Assembly: GCA_963612025.1 (NCBI GenBank) | Contig: CAVDUB010000001.1 | Coordinates: 7,323-71,322, forward strand | DNA length: 64,000 nt | Origin: a bacterium | Lineage (GTDB): Bacteria > Bacillota_I > Bacilli_A > RFN20 > CAG-288 | Direction of reading: 5' to 3' | Shown here: positions 58,031 to 64,000 of the stretch, in pieces | How positions within the stretch are numbered: position 1 is the first letter of the stretch | How the letters are laid out: each line of letters opens with the position of its first letter | Translations under genes and position numbers: made by a program | Notes under the pieces: model-generated | Databases searched by the model: none | The model's input: the letters and a program-made list of their open reading frames with translations, nothing else | What the model was told of the DNA's origin: nothing

Positions 58031-58804
58031 ATGTTCAATTTCACATACCGGAGCCTCGATTTCAGTCATAAACTCGACCACGCCTCCTCCCCCAAGGATG
58101 AATATGGAAAGCATATGCATCCCTTCTTTGAGATACTCTATTTTGTCTCCGGCGATGCAAAATACAATGTTGAAGGCGAAATCAGAAAGCTCCGCCCGGG
58201 AGACTGCGTTCTCATTCAGCCGGGAAAGTTCCACTTTGCCGAAGTCAACAAATCAATCCTCTATGAACGCTATGTCCTGAAATTCCCGGAGAACCTTTTT
58301 CCAGAGCCCATACGCATCAAGTTTCATTCCAAGGCGCCTTTCTTCCATCTCACTTCCGAGGAAGTCAGCATCTTCAAATCCTTGGATAACTACTATAACC
58401 AGATGACAGACGAGGATATGTATGTCATGGCTGTGGCCAAGCTTTGGGAACTGCTTGCCTTACTCGATAATACCAAACAGGCACTTGATAGCAATAGGGA
58501 ACTTTCAGTCATCTCCAAGATTACGAACTATATCGAATTGCATCTCGAGGACAATCTCAGTCTGACCAAGATGAGTCAGGATCTCTCCTATTCGGAATCC
58601 TATATTTCGAATTGCTTCAAAAAAGAGATGCATATCCCGATCATGAAATATATCCGTTCAAAGAAGATCATCCATGCCCATTCTCTGATCCAGGGAGGTG
58701 CCAAGCCACAGGATGTCTGCGAAAGGCTGAATTTCAATGACTATTCCACATTTTACCGACAGTATCTGAAAGTCATCGGCATTTCTCCATCGGACGACAA
58801 GTAA
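58031..58804 (+). CDS. AraC-family transcriptional regulator (cupin plus HTH)
   Basis: N-terminal cupin (HMHPFFEILYFVSGD). The C-terminal double HTH includes LSLTKMSQDLSYSESYISNCFKK and FNDYSTFYRQY. Confidence 0.85.
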   Translation: MFNFTYRSLDFSHKLDHASSPKDEYGKHMHPFFEILYFVSGDAKYNVEGEIRKLRPGDCVLIQPGKFHFAEVNKSILYERYVLKFPENLFPEPIRIKFHSKAPFFHLTSEEVSIFKSLDNYYNQMTDEDMYVMAVAKLWELLALLDNTKQALDSNRELSVISKITNYIELHLEDNLSLTKMSQDLSYSESYISNCFKKEMHIPIMKYIRSKKIIHAHSLIQGGAKPQDVCERLNFNDYSTFYRQYLKVIGISPSDDK

Positions 58805-58978
58805 AATGGCTTATTTGTTTACAAATAAAGTAATAAGAAAAAAGTTTTTTGTTACAAAAGAACAAAGAAGTAAAAAGAGTCTTTACTATTGATAGTGAAA
58901 GGGCTATACTTGAAATTAGAGATATCTTGTATACAAGTTATGGAAGATGTCAAATTCATATGAAAAGAGGTAAGTACT

Positions 58979-59626
58979 ATGAATTCAGATGAAATCATTC
59001 AGGCGATTGTCGATTCTGGTGTCTTAGCTGTCATCAGAGCAAACTCTGTTGACGAGGCCGTCAAAATGGCCAGCTATGCTGCCAAAGGTGGTATCAAAGG
59101 TTTGGAAATCACCTTCACTGTTCCCGATGCAGACAAGGTCATCGAAAAATTGGTTGCTGACAAGGTCGATGCCGTTGTCGGTGCTGGAACTGTCTTAAAT
59201 GAAGAAACCGCAAAATTGGCTTATTCCAAAGGTGCCAAGTTCATCGTTTCTCCCTGCTTTGATGATGGCGTCAACGAATTCTGCAAATCTGTGGATATCC
59301 CATATTTTGCCGGCTGCTTCACTCCAACCGAAATCTACAATGCAATGAAGAAAGGTGTCAAGGTTGTCAAGGTCTTCCCTGGCTCCGTCTGCAAGCCGAG
59401 CTACTTCAAGGATGTTCATGGACCGTTCCCGAAGGCAAAGCTTCTTCCTTCCGGTGGTGTCTCCCTTGAGAACATCAACGACTGGATCAAGTTCGGTGCC
59501 GTCGCTGTCTCTGCTGGTTCTTCCTTGACTGCTCCAGCCAAGACCGGTGAATATGAGAAGATCATCGACAACGCCAAAGCTTTTGTCGATGAAGTCAAGA
59601 AAGCCCGTGCTCAGTATTCGAAGTAA
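58979..59626 (+). CDS. eda: 2-dehydro-3-deoxyphosphogluconate / 4-hydroxy-2-oxoglutarate aldolase
   Basis: GAGG SD. VLAVIR...GIKGLEITF...GAGTVL...KVFPG (Schiff-base Lys) is typical of the KDPG aldolase family. Confidence 0.85.
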   Translation: MNSDEIIQAIVDSGVLAVIRANSVDEAVKMASYAAKGGIKGLEITFTVPDADKVIEKLVADKVDAVVGAGTVLNEETAKLAYSKGAKFIVSPCFDDGVNEFCKSVDIPYFAGCFTPTEIYNAMKKGVKVVKVFPGSVCKPSYFKDVHGPFPKAKLLPSGGVSLENINDWIKFGAVAVSAGSSLTAPAKTGEYEKIIDNAKAFVDEVKKARAQYSK

Positions 59627-59648
59627 TATAGAAAAGGAAAAGAAAACA

Positions 59649-60674
59649 ATGTCTCAGAAAGTCATTACGTTCGGCGAAGTCATGCTTCGTCTTGCCCCGA
59701 TGGGCTATCTCCGTTTTGTCCAGTCCGATACGATGGAAGCCACCTATGGTGGTGCTGAAGCCAATGTTGCCGTCTCTTTGGCCAACTATGGCATCGATGC
59801 TGCTTTCGTCACAAAGCTCCCAAGCCATGAAATCGGTCAGGCTGCCGTCAATTCCCTTAGAAAGTTCGGTGTTGACACCTCCCTCATCGTCCGTGGCGGT
59901 GACAAGGTCGGTATCTACTATTGTGAAAAAGGTGCTTCCCAGCGTCCGAGCAAGGTCATCTATGACAGAGCTCATTCCGCCATCTCCGAAGCCAAGCCAT
60001 CCGACTTCGATTGGGAAAAGATTTTCGCCGGTGCCACATGGTTCCATGTTACTGGCATCACTCCAGCCATCTCTGAAAATATGGCTGAAATCACCATCGA
60101 AGCTGTCAAGGCTGCCAAGAAACTTGGTTTGACTGTTTCCACCGACCTCAACTTCCGCAAGAAGCTCTGGAGCAAGGAACAGGCCAACAAGGTCATGACT
60201 GAAGTCTGCAAATATGTCGATGTCTGCATCGCCAATGAAGAAGACGCTTCTGATGTCTTCGGCATCAAGGCCACCGATACTGATATCAACACCGGAAAGC
60301 TTTCTGCCAAGGGTTATGAAGATGTCTGCAATCAGCTCGTCAGCAAATTCGGTTTCAAGAAGGTTGCCATCACGCTTAGAGAATCTCTCTCCGCTTCTGA
60401 CAACAACTGGTCCGCTATGCTCTATAGCGATGGAAAGTTCTATACTTCCAAGAAATATGCCATGCGCATCGTCGACAGAGTCGGCGGCGGCGATTCCTTC
60501 GGTGGCGGCTTGATTGCTGCTATCCTCAAGGGATATGATGATCAGCAGGTCATCGAATTGGCTGTTGCTGCTTCCTGCTTGAAGCACTCCATCGAAGGTG
60601 ACTACAACCTTGTCTCCTGGAATGAAGTCGAAACTCTTGCCAACGGCAATGGTTCGGGCAGAGTTCAGAGATAA
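59649..60674 (+). CDS. kdgK: 2-dehydro-3-deoxygluconokinase (PfkB family)
   Basis: MSQKVITFGEVMLRL and GGAEANVAV are present, with the C-terminal DRVGGGDSFGGGL PfkB signature. The start was set to ATG 59649. Confidence 0.85.
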   Translation: MSQKVITFGEVMLRLAPMGYLRFVQSDTMEATYGGAEANVAVSLANYGIDAAFVTKLPSHEIGQAAVNSLRKFGVDTSLIVRGGDKVGIYYCEKGASQRPSKVIYDRAHSAISEAKPSDFDWEKIFAGATWFHVTGITPAISENMAEITIEAVKAAKKLGLTVSTDLNFRKKLWSKEQANKVMTEVCKYVDVCIANEEDASDVFGIKATDTDINTGKLSAKGYEDVCNQLVSKFGFKKVAITLRESLSASDNNWSAMLYSDGKFYTSKKYAMRIVDRVGGGDSFGGGLIAAILKGYDDQQVIELAVAASCLKHSIEGDYNLVSWNEVETLANGNGSGRVQR

Positions 60675-60693
60675 GCTATCTGAAATTCCTTTG

Positions 60694-60730
60694 CACTATT
60701 CCTCTTTTTTAGGGGAATAGTGTTTTTTAT
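60694..60730 (+). terminator. Rho-independent terminator
   Basis: A CACTATTCC...GGAATAGTG hairpin is followed by T6-7. Confidence 0.75.
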
Positions 60731-60778
60731 TTTTCCATGTTAGGATATACTATTGAGGTACAAAACAGGAGAACATAT

Positions 60779-61714
60779 ATGGTCAACATCTTTGCCGCCT
60801 ACAAAGGCAATCACATCGGAAGAGAACTTTCCACACCCGTCAGTCAAGAAGAAATCAATCACGAAATCGAGCATCTTCTTTCAGAACATAATCACGGAAA
60901 GAAGAAAGAAGGTCCATCTGAAAACGGAGATATCGTCAACATCGATTTCGAAGGATTCCTCGATGGTGTCGCCTTCCAAGGCGGAAAAGGGGAACACTAT
61001 GATCTCGAACTCGGTTCCCATTCCTTCATCCCCGGATTCGAAGAACAGCTTATCGGGCATGTCGCCGGAGAGGATGTCGAAGTCAAGGTCACTTTCCCAA
61101 CGAACTATCAGGCCGAAGAACTCGCCGGAAAAGAAACAATCTTCAAATGCAAGATTCATGAAGTCAAGACAAAGGCCAAGCCGGAACTCAACGATGAATT
61201 TGCCGCTCATTTCGGATACAAGAATGTCGACGAACTCAAGGCTGCCATCAAAAATAATCTCGAAATCGTCCATCAGAACGATGCCAAGAACAAATATCTC
61301 GAGAAGCTGCTCCGTCATCTTGTCATGACGTCTTCTCTTGAGCCGACAAAAGAACAGATCATGAAAAGCAAAGACAGAATCATCGAATACTACACCTCCG
61401 CTGTCAGCCAGTATGGCATGACTCTCGATAGCTATCTCTCTGCCATCGGCATGGACAAAGCCAAATTCGAGGAATCGATTCTCAAGGAAGCCGAGAATAC
61501 CGCAAAGACGGATATGATTGCCCAATATATCGGTGAAAAAGAAAATCTTCTCCCTACGGAAGAAGAAATCAATCAGAAAGTCCAGCTCTTCAAGAACACC
61601 TATCATCTTCCGGATGACAAGATCGATGAATTCCTTGCCGGTCGCAAAGAGGAAATCACTTCAGATATCCTGAGAGAGAAAGTCGCCAAGCTGCTTTTAG
61701 AAAACAACGACTAA
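60779..61714 (+). CDS. Trigger-factor-like protein (FKBP PPIase plus C-terminal chaperone domain) lacking the ribosome-binding N-domain
   Basis: AGGAG SD before ATG 60779. GDIVNIDFEGFLDGVAFQGGKG...LGSHSFIPGFEEQLIGH...FPTNYQAEELAGKE..F matches the Tig PPIase domain. The protein is 311 aa, versus my recollection of about 430 aa for canonical Tig. Confidence 0.7.
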   Translation: MVNIFAAYKGNHIGRELSTPVSQEEINHEIEHLLSEHNHGKKKEGPSENGDIVNIDFEGFLDGVAFQGGKGEHYDLELGSHSFIPGFEEQLIGHVAGEDVEVKVTFPTNYQAEELAGKETIFKCKIHEVKTKAKPELNDEFAAHFGYKNVDELKAAIKNNLEIVHQNDAKNKYLEKLLRHLVMTSSLEPTKEQIMKSKDRIIEYYTSAVSQYGMTLDSYLSAIGMDKAKFEESILKEAENTAKTDMIAQYIGEKENLLPTEEEINQKVQLFKNTYHLPDDKIDEFLAGRKEEITSDILREKVAKLLLENND

Positions 61715-61718
61715 TAAA

Positions 61719-61749
61719 AGAGTCTGCCTTATCGGCAGACTCTCTTTTT
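61719..61749. terminator. Bidirectional rho-independent terminator
   Basis: The GAGTCTGCC-ttat-CGGCAGACTC hairpin is flanked by A- and T-runs. It lies between convergent genes. Confidence 0.8.
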
Positions 61750-62395
61750 ATTCTTCTAAATGAAAGGAAAATTCGTTTTCCTTTATAGAAAGAATCATCT
61801 TCTTTTTCATCAGCAGGTTCTGGGAATCGCTGCTCATTCCAAGGAACCAATCCAGATAAATTTTATCATCCACGATTTCCATTCCAAGGTCCTTATAGAA
61901 TTCAGCAAAGGATACATTTTCGTATTTATAGCTTGAATCGATATCGAAGGATTTGTTTTCGATATCCTCCTTTGTCAGAATAAGATAATTTGGAAAATAG
62001 ACTATGCTCTTCACATCATCATCTTTTATAGAACAGGTCGTCGCATTTGCCCAATAGGAATAATAAGCCTTGTTTTCTTTTGCGCTTGTCGAATTCAGGT
62101 TCACAAATTGATAAGCATCATGTTCTTCTGTGATGACATAGACTTGATTTTCAACTTTCTTTTTCGATTTGATTTTGCTCTTAAAAAAGGAATCATCCTT
62201 CATCATTGTGTCAAGAAGGTGTTCATCCGTGGAATATAGAAAACTAGAATCACCTTTTGTATAGACAGTTTTCTTTTGGAGTTCCAATTTCGTCTTATAC
62301 CGAGGAGCCTGAATACCGGAGACCTCACGCCATTCATTTCCACAGGATGCGAGAAGTGTCAGAAAGGCAAGCCCGAATATCTTTATTTTTTTCAT
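61748..62395 (-). CDS. Lipoprotein, unknown function (215 aa)
   Basis: The start was moved to MKKIKIFGLAFLTLLASCG (lipobox LASC). GGAGG SD is present. Confidence 0.7.
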   Translation of the reverse strand: MKKIKIFGLAFLTLLASCGNEWREVSGIQAPRYKTKLELQKKTVYTKGDSSFLYSTDEHLLDTMMKDDSFFKSKIKSKKKVENQVYVITEEHDAYQFVNLNSTSAKENKAYYSYWANATTCSIKDDDVKSIVYFPNYLILTKEDIENKSFDIDSSYKYENVSFAEFYKDLGMEIVDDKIYLDWFLGMSSDSQNLLMKKKMILSIKENEFSFHLEE

Positions 62396-62547
62396 ATTAC
62401 ACCTCCTTGTACATACATTATCGTCCTTAAAATAGGAAAAGAACCATTTTTGCATTATCAGTTCACTTTCTCATAAAACAGACTAGACTATATGAAAAGG
62501 CTTTCAGATACAATCTAGCGATAAAAAGTCAAAGGCAGAAGGTCGAT

Positions 62548-63055
62548 ATGAAAAAGACTGCAAAATATGAAAAGACAAGAATTCGTATTCTAAACTTGCT
62601 TCCTGATATCCTAAAGGACCATGATCCAAAAACAATCAGCCTGAATGAATTCATCACATGTGCCAATATAAGCAAAAATACCTTCTACAATCATTATGAT
62701 TCCCTAAACGATCTCTACCATGATTACTGCTCATGGATTGAAGAAAAAATATGATGCTGAGATTATGAAAATGGAAAAGAAAGATGACTTGCAGCACCTT
62801 CTGACTCTCTTATTACAAAAACTGAAAGATGATCCATACTTCCAATGCTACATTCATCTTCAAGAGAATCTTACCAAGAAACTTGCGGAAAAATGCCATC
62901 ATATCTATTCCGTCGAACTGGATTCCAATCAGATGTTCTTTACTGTGACAGGACTTATCAAGACAATCGAAATGTGGATAAAAGATAAAAGAGAAGAGAG
63001 TCCAGAATATGTCGCAAATTTGCTTTCGAAATATGTCGACAAGTTTTTAGGCTAA
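62548..63055 (+). pseudogene. TetR/AcrR-family regulator split by a frameshift at an A7 run
   Basis: The N-terminal HTH ORF (62548..62754, FITCANISKNTFYNHYDS) and the C-terminal ORF (62720..63055) overlap around GAAGAAAAAATATGA. A shift of 1 nt fuses them. Confidence 0.6.
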
Positions 63056-63202
63056 ACACTTATCATGGAACCAAAGCTGTCATAGTTTGATTTAAAAAGA
63101 TAATTTCGCAAAGCGCCATCAAAATAGTGATACAAAAATATAGTCTTGTATATTATCCCGTCAGTTTTTTATCGTTTCTTCACAAAATTATTCTTTATCA
63201 AG

Positions 63203-63230
63203 AAAAACCAGGAATCAATCCTGGTTTTTC
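63203..63230. terminator. Bidirectional terminator
   Basis: AAAAACCAGGA-atcaa-TCCTGGTTTTT. Confidence 0.7.
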
Positions 63231-63254
63231 TCGATATTCAAATTCTGTCTCTTC

Positions 63255-64000
63255 CTATTCTGCTGTCTCTTCCTCTTTTTTGATCTTGAGGATATTCAGC
63301 GTGATGACAAGACCACCCCAAACGACAATGATGCCGACAAGGGAGCAGATGGTTGTCACTTCCACCCATTTCCACTTCTTGGCTTTTCGTCCAATGATCG
63401 TACCCTGCATGATGTTGGAATTGACTAAAGCATAGGAAACATTGTGAAGAATTCTTCTTAAGACCAACTGATCTCCGATTGAAGATTCATCATATTTCCA
63501 GAAAGAGGATTCCATCGTAGCCAAATTCAGATCACCGCCAGCATAAGCTTCCTGTTGTGGATCCATATAGGTAGGAATCGTGTTGAAATCGCAGATGACA
63601 GCCCCTCTGAATCCCCATTCATCTCTTAAAATCGTAGTCAGAAGTCGATAATCACCGCCGGTCCATCTCGTTCCGATACGGTTGAACGAAGACATCAATC
63701 CGGTTGCCTTTCCTTCCTTGACTGTGATTTCAAAAGGTCTAAGATAGATTTCTCGCATGACCTGTTCGGAAACCCAAGAGCAATCACCGGAAACCGAACG
63801 ATGTGTTTCCTGTTCATTTAAGGCAAAATGCTTGATGAAGGCAATTGTACCCTTGCTTTGGGTTCCACGGACTTCAGCAGCACCAATCTTTCCGGAAAGG
63901 AAAGAATCTTCTGAATAATATTCGAAGTTTCTTCCGCCGAATGGAGAACGATGAATGTTCATTCCAGGTGCATACCATCCAGTATAGGGAACGCCATCAT
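63255..64000 (-). CDS. Glycoside hydrolase family 3 (beta-glucosidase/xylosidase-like), 5'-truncated by the window edge, with a C-terminal TM anchor
   Basis: SPFGGRNFEYYSEDSFL and KHFALNEQE are GH3 motifs. The frame is open to position 64000. The C-terminal hydrophobic helix is VTTICSLVGIIVVWGGLVITL. Confidence 0.8.
   Translation of the reverse strand, partial: DGVPYTGWYAPGMNIHRSPFGGRNFEYYSEDSFLSGKIGAAEVRGTQSKGTIAFIKHFALNEQETHRSVSGDCSWVSEQVMREIYLRPFEITVKEGKATGLMSSFNRIGTRWTGGDYRLLTTILRDEWGFRGAVICDFNTIPTYMDPQQEAYAGGDLNLATMESSFWKYDESSIGDQLVLRRILHNVSYALVNSNIMQGTIIGRKAKKWKWVEVTTICSLVGIIVVWGGLVITLNILKIKKEEETAE

Noticed and set aside
1-64000. I considered the Mollicutes-type genetic code (TGA read as Trp), given the Mollicutes-like lipoprotein content.
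   Set aside because: TGA terminates conserved genes at their expected lengths, for example zur at 5772..5774, uvrC at 43505..43507 and the PPC protein at 475..477. In the motifs I inspected, conserved Trp positions are TGG.
1-64000. I looked for a prophage, ICE, transposon or CRISPR-Cas.
   Set aside because: I recognised no integrase, recombinase, terminase, capsid, relaxase or cas gene, and no direct-repeat/spacer array. The only mobile-element-like gene is the interrupted Rpn-like ORF, which has no visible terminal repeats.

Overview
This 64-kb chromosomal window comes from a low-GC (about 40% by eye) Bacillota-type genome. It is probably an Erysipelotrichales/Mollicutes-like lineage. It uses the standard genetic code, since TGA terminates conserved genes, and it encodes many lipoproteins with Ser/Thr-rich tethers.

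Housekeeping content:
- bioY
- a Zur-linked zinc ABC importer
- a THF riboswitch with folT
- uvrC-mutS2 and rnhC
- tRNA-Pro(GGG)
- an AspC-type aminotransferase
- hexuronate/KDG catabolism genes: uxuA, an SDR uxuB-like gene, an AraC regulator, eda and kdgK
- a trigger-factor paralog
- a partial GH3 gene

Unexplained or accessory content, most interesting first:
1. At 26.2-38.1 kb there is a duplicated module of giant (about 1,420-1,480 aa), N-terminally anchored, beta-rich proteins. Each is paired with a smaller partner protein. I recognise no family for either.
2. At 50.9-55.9 kb there is a translationally coupled four-gene operon. It encodes a small protein, a coiled-coil protein, a McrB-like AAA+ GTPase with an unassigned N-domain, and a DUF2357/McrC-like PD-(D/E)XK nuclease. 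It is a candidate defence system.
3. At 6.8-19.8 kb there are three paralogous lipoproteins of about 1,050 aa, each built from eight tandem modules of about 120 aa.
4. At 20.6-25.0 kb there is an operon of two CrtI-superfamily flavoproteins plus an FNR-type [2Fe-2S] reductase, with a third flavoprotein paralog at 1.3 kb.
5. A more GC-rich Rpn/PD-(D/E)XK transposase-like gene is interrupted by an in-frame TAG.
6. There is a 1,130-aa fused ABC ATPase-FtsX permease.

I saw no CRISPR array, rRNA, integrase or prophage genes. All family assignments come from motif recognition by eye. No database search was run.
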